Positions 37,184 through 47,735 of a stretch of 64,000 nt of DNA are shown one piece after another (position 1 is the first letter of the stretch; each line of letters starts with the position of its first letter). Position numbers and translations under genes: made by a program. The notes beneath the pieces are model-generated. The model did not search any database, had not been told where the DNA came from, and saw only the letters and a program-made list of their open reading frames with translations. Source of the DNA: Plasmodiophora brassicae (Eukaryota); the NCBI GenBank assembly GCA_036867785.1, contig CP145410.1, positions 186,001 through 250,000 on the forward strand, in the 5' to 3' direction.

Positions 37184-39062
37184 ATGGTGCAGCCGCAGGA
37201 CATGCAGAAGGAGGCGGCGCCAGCGCCGGCTGGCGAGGCGCCGATCTCGAAGAAGGCGGAGAAGAAGAATGCCAGAGCAGCGATGAAGGAGGCCCGTAAA
37301 GCGAAGGCGACGGAAGCCGCTGTAGGAGCGCGCTTCGACGGCTGCTCCATGGAACCGCGCTGACGTCTTCGTAGAAACGCGCAATTGTTACTGTCACGAA
37401 CTTCGACGAGGGCCAGTACGGAGACATGGTGATGGTCCAGTCGGCCTCCAAGTCGTCCCGCGTGTGGACGCGCATTGAAACGCTGAACGCGAGTGCTGCT
37501 GGCAGCAAGATCTGGCTTCGCGCGCGCCTGGAGTACGTTCGTGACGCCGGTACGCCTGCTCCACACTTGCAAACTCCATTCGCTCTTCTTCTGACGTTAC
37601 GTTTTCTGTAGGAAAACGTGCGTTCCTTGTTCTTCGTCAGACCCCGTTCACGATCCAGGCGATGGTAGCTGAGGACGCCGAGACGCCTCGTGACATGGTG
37701 AAGTACCTGAAGAAGATCCCGCTCGAGTCCATTGTTGACGTCGAAGCCCTCGTCAACGTCGCACCGAACCCGATCACAAGCACGACGCAGTCGGACGTCG
37801 AGCTGTCCATCGCGAAGTGCTTCGTCATCTCGGCGGCTGTCCCCATCCTTGCCATGCAGGTCGCGGATGCCAAGCGTCCTCTTGCGGAGGATGAAGCCGA
37901 GGAAAAGCAGGAGAACGACGTGTCGATGCCTACGGTCGGCCGCGATGTTCGCCTAGACAACCGATGGATCGACATGCGGGCAACGGCGAACCATGCCATC
38001 TTCCGTGTGCAGAGCGCCGTCGCCCAGTATTTCCGCGAGTTCTTCCTCCAACGCAAATTCGTGGAGGTGCACACGCCCAAGCTGATCAGCGCTGCGTCGG
38101 AAGGCGGCGCGGACGTCTTCAAGGTCGATTACTTTGGCCGGCCCGCGTACCTTGCCCAGGTAAGGTTGGCATGGTGAATGCCTACGAGCGTATCAAACTC
38201 AAATGAACGTATGCGTCGTCGGTCAGTCCCCACAGCTGTACAAGCAGATGTGCATGAACGGTGACCTGCATGGCGTGTTCGAGATCGGCCCTGTGTTCCG
38301 CAGTGAACGTTCATTCACGCACCGGCACATGTGCGAATTCACGGGCATGGATTTCGAACATGAAATCTACGAACATTACCACGAGGTCCTGGACACCTTA
38401 GGTACACGCACGCATGGCGTCTACACCATGTCATTCATGCGCTGACCCGAATTTCCTATTCGTTAGGAGATTTGTTCATTTACATCTTCGACAAGCTGAA
38501 CGAGAACAACGCCGTTGACCTCGAGATGATCAATGCTCAGTACCCGTTCGGGAAGTTGCAGTACCCGCGTAAAACGCTCGTCCTGAGCTTCTCGGAGGCC
38601 ATCCAGCTGCTGAAAGCGGCTGGTGACCTTGAAGCCGACGAGCTCAAGGACATCAGCACTCCGCAGGAGAAGCATCTCGGTCAGCTCATCAAGAAGAAGT
38701 ACGGCACCGACTTCTACATCATCGACCGGTATCCCATGAGCGCTCGTCCGTTCTACACGATGCCGTGCCCCGACGACCCCCGGTTCTCGAACTCGTACGA
38801 CGTGTTCCTGCGAGGCGAGGAAATCACATCGGGAGCGCAGCGGATCCACGACCATGCGCTTCTCGTGGAGCGCGCGCTGGCAAACGATCCGCCGATCGAC
38901 ATCTCTACGATCCAGTCCTACACGGATTCGTTCATGTCGGGGTCACCTCCACATGGTGGCGCAGGCATCGGCCTCGAGCGGGTTGTCATGCTCTTCTGTG
39001 GCCTGAAGAACATCCGCCTCACGTCATTGTTCCCTCGCGACCCCAAACGTGTCACACCGTGA
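37184..39062 (+). CDS. DARS1: Aspartyl-tRNA synthetase, cytosolic, multi-exon
   Basis: [69 protein letters not shown]. Confidence 0.96.
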
Positions 39063-39193
39063 AGGCGCCGCTGTCTTCCCCGTATGGTCGAAATACATTC
39101 ACTTGCCAATCCGAGGTTGCTCCGGCCAGGGTGCACATTCACAGGTGGCAGTCATAGAAGGCAACAGGGTCTCTCGACGAGTGCTGTCTGCCA

Positions 39194-39635
39194 ATGTGGT
39201 ACCGAATCGTCGGTCTGTTAGCGCGCCCCGACTCTGGGCGAAAGGGCTTGTCTCGGTTGCCGAATGGATCACGGCCGAAGCGTACGCCCTTGTCGTTGCC
39301 GAAGCCGATGCCTCGTGAAACGCACCTGACCATGCAGAAGTACCGCCTGTCCGAGCAACTTAGTATGGTGTGCGATGGCAAGACCGCCATGACTCGAGCC
39401 GATGTATGCCGAGCGATTCAGGCGCGGGCGCCTCTGACTGATTCCGCAGGTGACGAAGAGTGTGTGGAAGTACATCAAGGAGCGGCACTTGCAAAGGCAG
39501 GACGACAGGCGCGTTGTCCAGTGCGATCTCCTCCTGAAAAATGTGTTCGGCAAGGATGAAATCAGCATGCTCGACATTGGCAAAGGACTGCAGCAGCACA
39601 TATTTGAACGGGTCGGCAAGCCACGACGCCCCTGA
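39194..39635 (+). CDS. Small SWIB/MDM2-domain protein, 2 exons
   Basis: YRLSEQL..MTRAD|VTKSVWKYIKERHLQ..DDRRVVQCDLLLKNVFG; basic N-terminal extension. Confidence 0.82.
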
Positions 39636-39943
39636 TGACTGCCGGATACACTTCTCCACTCGTTTCGGTTCAGTTGACGTTTGCGCGTAACCGAGCGCGA
39701 TCAACTTGGCGGGTGGCAGCACGTACACGGCAGGCGCTGTGTTGGCCGCCGAGGCACTCTGGATGATAACGACCTGGCCAATTGTTCGTCTGCCCAGGCA
39801 CAGCGTGGGTTCCCTTGTTCCGCCATGGGCGGCTCCTGCTGTAGAATTGTAAAACAATAGACGGCTGACTGAACAGGAAACAGCAACCGCGATCCTTCCG
39901 TTCAGCAAAGAGTAGACGACAGGCGTCGCGTTGTACCAGATAT

Positions 39944-41147
39944 TTACTCATCTTTCGTTGCTGCAGGAATCCACAGAGACAGGTGGTCTGCACCGCTTGC
40001 AACCATGGCAAGCGTCGGATGGCACTTCACGCACAGGATGGCACTGCTGTGACCGTCTTGAAGTTCAGCGACTGCAACGAAAGGGCGCATGAGCAAACCA
40101 GCGCAACATGGTGCATCACGACACACACACACACACACACACCTTTTCCAGCGGACGTCGCATCCCAGACATGCAACGAGCCGATATCGGTGCCGGAGAC
40201 AATGAACTTGCCGTCAGGCGAGAACGCAATTGGAACCTCGTACTCGAACGAAGCATTGGCATGTTCCAGCGTTGACCGATGGTCGCCAGAGAACGCGTCC
40301 AGAAGCACCGTCATGTTCGAAGGCGACGACAGCGCCAGGAGCGTGCCATCCGGCGAGAACTCGACTTGATTCCAGTAAGGCGGGCCGATCAGCGAAAACG
40401 ACGCGAACGGCCCTTGTTGGTACGATCGCATATCGAACAGGCGTACGCAGGATGGGTCGGACACGCAGGCAAATACCAACCTGGACGAATGCGACATTTG
40501 TCAGCACCGGCGCGGCAGACGTGGGATGGTACCACGAACCCTTTGGGGTCATACTGAGCACAAGGTTGTCGCCCAGTGAGCAGCCTGGCTTGTGGTTCAT
40601 TCGACCGCAAGTCCCAAAGCATCACCGTGGAGTCCAGCGAGCACGATATGAACGAATCGTCAACAGGCGATAACGACAGGGAGCATACACTAACGAAGAC
40701 GAGCCTAAGTGGCCGACGTTCCGGGACCGCGATACGACACGAACCGGTCAGAATGGCCTCGAAACAGTCGCAGGTACTGATTGTCGACGACGCTGTGGTA
40801 CATGATCAGGCCGCTGGACGGTTTGTTCGAGGCACACAGCACAGCGGAGCTGTGATGCGTAAACTTCACACGCGCCACGCCATGCTCCTTGAACAGCAGC
40901 GTCTTTCGCAACTGCCCGGCGGTCGCATCAACAATGCTCAACGAGTCGTCGTCCGCAGCGGCAACGAGCAGCGACCCGTCTGTCGAGAAATCCACAGCGT
41001 TCACGCCCGACGCCTACAGGGTAGCACGTTCAGGAGCGTGAGACGGCGCGCGCCGGCGACCCGTACGCCACTCACATCGAAGACGGCACCGGTCCGCATG
41101 CGCGACACGAGATCGACATCGAGCGGCACGTTCGCGTCGCGGCTCAT
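39944..41147 (-). CDS. WDR82: WD repeat protein 82 / Swd2, multi-exon
   Basis: DDDSLSI, KEHGVARVKFTH, DNQYLRLFRGH, RLFDMRSYQQGPF, VLLDAFSG, FSPDGKFIVSGT. Confidence 0.9.
40119..40142. repeat. (CA)n microsatellite within a WDR82 intron
   Basis: acacacacacacacacacac run. Confidence 0.85.
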
Positions 41148-41348
41148 GCGGCCGCCGCAGTCCACTGCGCAACTGGGAACTGCACCGCCGTGTTCGTCAC
41201 GAGTCACGCAGCTGCTCCGTCTGCGCAACTGGCAGCTGCACCGGCCACCGCCGACGTTCGCAAACGCGTAGCGCAGCTGCTCCGCTGGTAGTGTATTCAA
41301 CAAGGCGATGGTCCATAGGCAGCGGCAGAGTCACGGCGGCCGGCCTGC

Positions 41349-43424
41349 TTACTCCCCACAGGTTGCCGGTTTGCGGCATGCGGTACGCGAATATTCGCGA
41401 GACCAGACGAGGAGAGGCCCGCCGACGAAGCCACCTTGGACGCTGATTTCATCCCGCATCCTGAACTTGTCGGGGGCGTCGTGCACGCGTTCCAAGGTGG
41501 TGGACGCCTTGACGCTGGCGAACCACTCGGAGGTGACGTGGAATGCCGGTGATGGGACCCCGTGGTAGTCGGCCAGCCAGGTGCTCCTGGCTCGCGCTGA
41601 CAGCGGATCGGCGAACTCGACTTTGAATTCGTGCGCCGACTCCTCGCTGTACCTAACGCCAAGTGCTTTGTCGTGAACGGGTGGTGGGCGATCCCACTGG
41701 GAAACGGATATGAAGGCATCGGATACTGTCGTCTTGCGCCCGGCCACGTGCTCAGATGCAGCAAACATCACCGACGACGAAGGCGTCACGTCGTCGGCAT
41801 TTGGGGCTGCAATGCTCACAGCACGGCAACGGTAAACGATGGGCAGCTCAAGTTTGACGCCACCGAGTGACAGCAGTGGATCAGACCTCGACACCGGGAA
41901 TACCAACGGGAAATAGCTCGTTGAAAAACTGCATAGCAACACGTCAGCAGCAGCATCGAATACGTACCCGACGGCGTTCATGGGCATCGATAGGTGCCCC
42001 TCCTGAAGCGGAAGTTCCGCAATCCCTCTCGAAAGGTGTAGAGCGGGCCCAGCAGGGTTGGAGCGTTTCACGACAGTGAGGCGGGCGATCAATACAGCGT
42101 CGGCGGACGCAGCATAACGGAAACGTAGCACAGGGTTCCCACACAGCGTCACGTTCTCCGAGCCCATCGGCACGACAAAGGTCGACGAGCAGTTGTCGTC
42201 GTGACTCTGGGCACCGGGCCGGGCATTGTAGAGCGTGCGTCCCCAGCGCATCCATCCTCCGCTGCTCTGAGATCCGCATTTCAGATGCCATGGGACAGTA
42301 ATGACGCTCGATTCGGATCCAGGACGACGACCAATGTCCACCACCACATGATCGATGTCATCGATGTCGACGCCGACGAACTCGCCGGCCCATGCAGCGG
42401 CAGCCGGGTCCGGCATGGCCCAACGACGAACGAACACGCGCATTCGTGGCAGGCTTCGTATTCGCCGCAGCGGATCGCGAACGAATTCCACGATCTCGTT
42501 GTTCCAGTCAATGGCGGGTCCGGGTGCAGCGGTATCGGGCCCGTCGTGGCCCCAGGGGCCCACCAGCGCCGTCGTCGGGGAGCGCAGGTCCCGCGCCATA
42601 CGAAACGCGGCGTTGGCGAACCCGTCAGCGAATCCGCCAATCAACAGGACAGGAACATCAACAGCAGCGTAGTCGTTGTCGATGCTGGCGTGCCTCCTGA
42701 ACTGGCCGTCGTCGCCTTCACAGTGGTCCAACCAGCCAGGCAAGTACCAGGGCGTGCGCTCCAGGCGCTCGCGCCACTTGGCAACCCACTCGGCGGCATC
42801 GTCGACGAAATGCGGCAGAGGCGGCCTGGAATTGTACGCGAGCATGCATGACGCCCAGGGCGCGTCCTCGCTGAGAAGGTCGGCGCCGCCCTGGTAAGGG
42901 ATATTGTCCAGGAACCGATTATCGGTCGAATAGGTGGAGATGATGCCCGCCAGACGTCCTGGCGGGCAACGTGCCGCGATCTGCAAGGCGTTGGACCCGC
43001 GCCACGCCGCTCCATAGAGGAACACGCTGTTCGGCATCGCCCAGCGTTGTTCACGAATCCAGCTGATGGCGTCCAAGCCATCGTCCTGGTCCGTTTGCAA
43101 GTACTCGCCAGGCAGGGCGTCGTCACTCTCGCCCGACCCGCGCAGGTCAGCACGAACGGCAGCGATACCGTATCGTTCCGCCAGAACCTTGAACCGGTCG
43201 TCGCGCGATGCCGACCAGACATTCTTCCCATACGGGGCGTACGCCAGCAGGACCGCGTGCCGGGTCGGCGCGTCCCGGTCCGGCCCGGCCGTCTCCGGCA
43301 GGAACAGCCTGGCGCCAAGCCGGCATCCGTCTCGTCCCACCGGAATCCACACGTTCTCAATGACGACAACGGCGCCCGCTGTCATGCACGCCCACGCCCC
43401 CACCAGGACAACGGCAATGGTCAT
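41349..43424 (-). CDS. CocE/NonD (peptidase S15) family protein, intronless, signal-peptide-like start, nucleophile Ser replaced by Ala
   Basis: RDGCRLGARLFLP, YAPYGK, RADLRGSGES, GAAWRG at the nucleophile elbow, GGFADGF, VGPWGH. Confidence 0.85.
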   Translation of the reverse strand: MTIAVVLVGAWACMTAGAVVVIENVWIPVGRDGCRLGARLFLPETAGPDRDAPTRHAVLLAYAPYGKNVWSASRDDRFKVLAERYGIAAVRADLRGSGESDDALPGEYLQTDQDDGLDAISWIREQRWAMPNSVFLYGAAWRGSNALQIAARCPPGRLAGIISTYSTDNRFLDNIPYQGGADLLSEDAPWASCMLAYNSRPPLPHFVDDAAEWVAKWRERLERTPWYLPGWLDHCEGDDGQFRRHASIDNDYAAVDVPVLLIGGFADGFANAAFRMARDLRSPTTALVGPWGHDGPDTAAPGPAIDWNNEIVEFVRDPLRRIRSLPRMRVFVRRWAMPDPAAAAWAGEFVGVDIDDIDHVVVDIGRRPGSESSVITVPWHLKCGSQSSGGWMRWGRTLYNARPGAQSHDDNCSSTFVVPMGSENVTLCGNPVLRFRYAASADAVLIARLTVVKRSNPAGPALHLSRGIAELPLQEGHLSMPMNAVGYVFDAAADVLLCSFSTSYFPLVFPVSRSDPLLSLGGVKLELPIVYRCRAVSIAAPNADDVTPSSSVMFAASEHVAGRKTTVSDAFISVSQWDRPPPVHDKALGVRYSEESAHEFKVEFADPLSARARSTWLADYHGVPSPAFHVTSEWFASVKASTTLERVHDAPDKFRMRDEISVQGGFVGGPLLVWSREYSRTACRKPATCGE

Positions 43425-43789
43425 GACGTTGACACAGTGGTACGTAGGTTTGGGATCACAAAGACACACAGTCGTCCTGCGGATCGGGATTGGCACGTTC
43501 TCGTCCTGCGGATCGGGGACCAGGTGACCAATTTCCACCGCCAGCCTCATCTGGGTGGAGCCAATGCCTTCCTTAAGAGCCACAGCGAGCTTGAGTGGGG
43601 CTATCGAATTTTATTCGGCGATCCTGATATCGACTGAGGTTGCCGTTTCCCAATACTGGCGATCGCGAACGCACATGGCGTGCTTTGGACCGACGCCCGA
43701 CGACACCCAACGGGCATGCACGCCACCAGCGCAGTCTTGTGGTATCGCCGGTTTGCCGCGTCGGAAGGCCACAGAAAGGACAGACGCCT

Positions 43790-43947
43790 AGTAACGTAAG
43801 GTAGATATTGTGCAGACCGGGTTATCGGAGGTTCTTTGAGGGCATTCTCGTGTTTATTCTTGCGAATGAACAAGCTAGACGACGCCTTACGCCCAGTAAC
43901 ATAAGGTAGATATTGTGCAAACCGGGTTATCGGAGGTTCTTTGAGGG
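43790..43947. repeat. Direct repeat, two 53-bp copies (43790-43842 and 43895-43947), 2 mismatches
   Basis: agtaac(g/a)taaggtagatattgtgca(g/a)accgggttatcggaggttctttgaggg occurs twice. Confidence 0.92.
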
Positions 43948-44094
43948 TCGTCCCCAGTCGCATTCCTGTAACTGGAGAGCAGTCAGCGCGAGATGCACGA
44001 ATCTGGAACGCAGTCCTCGCGGCAGGCGGCGGCCAAGTCGCGGCTCGTGGAGCGCGACCGTCGTCACTGTCCATACTCGGCGGCAGCAACCAGG

Positions 44095-46386
44095 ATGCTG
44101 GTCGATGCACGCGAGGAGTTCGCCATGGTCTGCGCCGCCGTTCGCGAGGGTGACGTCGCCAAGCTGAAGAGCGTGTACCGTGGCGTCGACGTCAACCAGC
44201 CGCTGGCGACCTGGGATTCTCGCACGCCGCTGCACTTTGCGGTCGTCAACGCCAACTATGACATGGTCCAGCACCTGCTGACGAGCTGCGGCGGCAACCC
44301 TGCCGCTGTCGACGACAAGGGCCGCAACGCGCTGCACCATGCCATCCTGGAGAACAGCGAGCGCATCATCGGCCTGCTCATCGAACACGGCGGCATCGAC
44401 TATCGCGCCACCGACATCTGGGACCAGAACGCCCTGCACCTGGTCGCCATCGCCGACAACGTGTCGCTGGCCGAGACGATCGTCAAGGCCTGCCCCGAGT
44501 GCCTGACCGCCCGCGAAGCCGATGGACGCACGCCGCTCGACATTGCCGAGATGAACAACCATCTGAAGATGGCGGCGCTGCTGAAGCGCTGGGCCGACCA
44601 GGGCGAACCAACCGGTGGACCCAGGCAACGTCGTCGCCCATCAGGACCCGCCGGTGACGCCGTACTGTCGCAGACGGCGACGGCGGCCCCGTCGATGAAG
44701 AAGAAGTTGATGATCCCTTCGCCCGCGTCGTCGGTGTCCTCGCAGGAGACCGATTCGCCGACGCCGTCCCACGAACGCGTCAAGTCGATCGTGGCGACGC
44801 TCGAGTCTCGTCGCCCGTCCAATGTCGACGGCAAACCGCCCAGCGACCTCAGCGAGTGCGACCACGGCGCGCTGCGCGACGCCTGGCAATCTTTCCTGAC
44901 GCAGTCGAACCAGACACGGGCGACCCTGGAGCGCCAGCTGGACGGCATCGACCTGAACGACAGCAAGGTCGCCGCGTGGACGGCCCCGATCGACAACGGC
45001 GTCGCCCAGCTCGACGAAGGGCGCAACCTGACCGACAACGACGTCGACGCGCTGCTGAACTCCGTCGACGACGCCTGGGGCATCGACGCCGTCCTCGCCG
45101 ACGCCGCCAACCTGAAACGCGACCACCCGGACTACGACGAGGTCGTCGCCCTGCACGCGCAGATCGCCGACCTGGCCGGCCTCGTCCGATCCGGGGCGTA
45201 CCCGGCCGGGACCGTCGACGTGACGGCGCCGCGTGACGCCATCGCCCTGCTGCGCGACCTGTGCGGCTCGGACCAGAGGCGTCGGCTCGGCGACGCGCTG
45301 CGCAGCAACGCCGAGCTGAGCGCCGCCTGCCGCCGCCTGGACACGCGCCTGGAGGCCCTCAAGGCGAGCGGCGACCACGCGGGCATCCCGGTCGCCGAAG
45401 ACGAGCTGTTCCAGGCGTACGACGTGGCGCTCAGCGCCAGCAGGGACCTGCTGGAGTCGTGCGGGCCGACGGACCAGGACAAGATCGTCCAGGAGCGCAT
45501 TGACAAGATTCGGACGGCGGGCGTCCAGATCATGGGGCGCGTCAGCATGGCGCTCCGGCAGGGACGCGATCGTGTTCGACAGACGCTCGGTGTGATGGAA
45601 CGGAACACGGCCGCTGCGAACGACGTGATCTCCGGTGTGGTGAGCGCCCTCCAGAAGCGGAAGGCGGAGCTCAAGGCGGCACGCGACGAGGACCAGCGCG
45701 CACGTCAACGCATCGCCGAGCAACTGCAGGCGATCATTGCCGAGGAGCTTGACCGCCAGGTCAAGTTCATTGACATTGTCGCCGAGGAGCGACGCGTCGA
45801 CCAGGCCATGGGCAAGGTCGAACGGGGGTCGCAGGACCTTCTCGTCGTGCGCGACGTCAAGGTCGACAAGCTGCGGACGCTGAACGACACGTACGATCAG
45901 GCGATGAAGGTCGTCGACTGCGTGCACAAGGTCGGCACGTTCGGGATCGACGCGTCGCAGGCGCTCTGGGCCAAGCGCCGCATGCACCAGGACGCCGTCC
46001 GGCACGACGAGGCGCAGAACTCGGCACGCCTCTACGACCGGTTCGTCAGGAACCTGCGCGATAGCATCGACCGCGAGGAGGTCCAGCTGCGCGACATCGA
46101 CGAAGAGATCCGGCAGAGCGTCGCGTTCCAGCAGCGCGCCGGCCGGCACGGCCGCCTGCAGTACCAGACCTCGCTGGACAGCGTCGTCAACGCCCTGCGC
46201 GACGAACAGCAGCGCGTCACCGAGCGCCGCGACCGCCTGCGATCCGTCCTTGATCGCGTCGACGCGCTCGGCGCCGACGCCCTGGACGCCAGCGACGTCG
46301 TGCGTACGCAGCTGGCGAACCTCGACATGAGCGCCCTGCAGTCGCAGAGCAGCGACTCGCCGACGGGTTCGCCCAGAATTTGCTAA
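44095..46386 (+). CDS. Ankyrin-repeat + long coiled-coil (paraflagellar-rod-like) protein, intronless
   Basis: ANK motifs RTPLHFAV, GRNALHHAI, QNALHLVA, GRTPLDIA; helical C-terminal ~350 aa. Confidence 0.8.
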   Translation: MLVDAREEFAMVCAAVREGDVAKLKSVYRGVDVNQPLATWDSRTPLHFAVVNANYDMVQHLLTSCGGNPAAVDDKGRNALHHAILENSERIIGLLIEHGGIDYRATDIWDQNALHLVAIADNVSLAETIVKACPECLTAREADGRTPLDIAEMNNHLKMAALLKRWADQGEPTGGPRQRRRPSGPAGDAVLSQTATAAPSMKKKLMIPSPASSVSSQETDSPTPSHERVKSIVATLESRRPSNVDGKPPSDLSECDHGALRDAWQSFLTQSNQTRATLERQLDGIDLNDSKVAAWTAPIDNGVAQLDEGRNLTDNDVDALLNSVDDAWGIDAVLADAANLKRDHPDYDEVVALHAQIADLAGLVRSGAYPAGTVDVTAPRDAIALLRDLCGSDQRRRLGDALRSNAELSAACRRLDTRLEALKASGDHAGIPVAEDELFQAYDVALSASRDLLESCGPTDQDKIVQERIDKIRTAGVQIMGRVSMALRQGRDRVRQTLGVMERNTAAANDVISGVVSALQKRKAELKAARDEDQRARQRIAEQLQAIIAEELDRQVKFIDIVAEERRVDQAMGKVERGSQDLLVVRDVKVDKLRTLNDTYDQAMKVVDCVHKVGTFGIDASQALWAKRRMHQDAVRHDEAQNSARLYDRFVRNLRDSIDREEVQLRDIDEEIRQSVAFQQRAGRHGRLQYQTSLDSVVNALRDEQQRVTERRDRLRSVLDRVDALGADALDASDVVRTQLANLDMSALQSQSSDSPTGSPRIC

Positions 46387-46797
46387 AAAATGTCCGCATA
46401 TCTGGCTCATTCATTGAATTACCTACTGTAGATCCAAATCACAACGGGAGCTGGTGCCACAGGTCGGGGAGCGCGGCGGTGTGCCGCGTCAAGGCCGTCC
46501 GGAGTCCTGGATCACACACGGTTGGCGAGTTCTGAGCACCCACGGGGTTCCTCGACGCGAATAGCTGGGAGCGGCGTTAGCTCCGGGTTCCTCGCGTGCG
46601 ACAAGTGCATACGCCATGCCAAGCGGAAAGTAATCGCTTACGCTCACGAGCTGTCCGATGCCGAAGCCCGAGCCGAGCTGACGAAAGCGAAGTCGCGTTC
46701 GTATCGGCCGAGTTCCGCGGTGGTTGACGCGCCAGACACGCCGCAATGGGTGATAACGAAAGAAACCTCAACAATGTCGCCGTTCAAGATCGGTCAT

Positions 46798-46912
46798 TGG
46801 TTGGTTTGGTTTGGTTTTATTTGTTTTTCGCGCTTTTTCTTTTCACGCAGGCGCCTCGGTCTCGAGTCCGAGGATCGAAGGATCAGCAGCAGAACGCCAA
46901 CATCCCCCGGTC
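46798..46912 (-). mobile_element. Dispersed repeat copy 2, LINE-like 3' end with a (CCAAA)n tail
   Basis: Similar to 12845-12955; minus strand ...DPSILGLETEAPA*, then AATAAA, then ccaaaccaaaccaa. Confidence 0.6.
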
Positions 46913-47192
46913 CGGTCATTGACCACATGGAGTACCGGCAGCCACGTGATCTTGCCGCCGTAATTCGCTACCTGGTCGACAACTGGCCGGATTCCGATGA
47001 ATTGGGCCCCTACAAGGCAGAGCTCTGGTGTAGTGCCATATTCGCTGGAGCATAGGCCCATCTGGAGGAGCCGAGCCATTGACTGCGGTCGCTGCAACGC
47101 GACTGCCTCCAGCCTGGGACAGATAAGGCAGGGACCCGAATTCGTAATTCTAAGGTGATGTGCGTTCGCTGTCTTGCCTGGTACTGCACGGA

Positions 47193-47377
47193 GTGTTGGG
47201 TTCTAGCCACACTCTCAGGAATGACGTCAAGGATCCGTACCACCATCACATTTACTGAGAACAACGTTAGGCGAGAGAAGAGACACAAGGCAGAACACAC
47301 CTAACGTTGTTCTCAGAAAATGTGATGGTGGTATGGATCCTTGACGTCATTCCTGAGAGAGGGCTAAAACCCAACAC
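47193..47377. repeat. Long inverted repeat, ~79-bp arms, 28-nt loop
   Basis: 47193-47271 versus the reverse complement of 47300-47377, with only a few substitutions and one indel. Confidence 0.95.
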
Positions 47378-47735
47378 ATACGAGACGATATGTGCCGAGA
47401 CCAGACGAGACGACCGAAGGGTAGTCGGTCAAATGTGACGACAAGGCAAGATGTGTCGAACAGCCGGCTGAGTCACCAAGACAGCGACTCGACCGTGACA
47501 ATGATCCTGCTCACCCTGAGCGTCGCCAACGACACGATCCTGGCCCGCGTCATCGCCGAATACATTCGCTAAAGTGGGACGGCGAACTGCCCCTGGCCAA
47601 GAGCGGCTTCGCACAGGAACCGGACGAGATCCAGGAACGCGCCAAGCAGCACGTCTGCGTGCGCTGGACGTCGCCTGCCTCTGGATGTGTGTCGTTGTTT
47701 ACAAATAGCAGCCTGCCGATCGATGGGCACTCTGG

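Noticed and set aside
43790-43947. Possible CRISPR array
   Set aside because: Only two 53-bp units, eukaryotic context, no cas genes
44641-46410. 589-aa antisense ORF, and similar ones at 47922-49022, 49948-51045, 10916-11794 and 23474-24778
   Set aside because: Shadow frames of GC3-rich genes on the other strand; no motifs
46500-47190. Coding-like fragments with CxxC motifs around the LINE-like end
   Set aside because: Interrupted by stops; no family recognised
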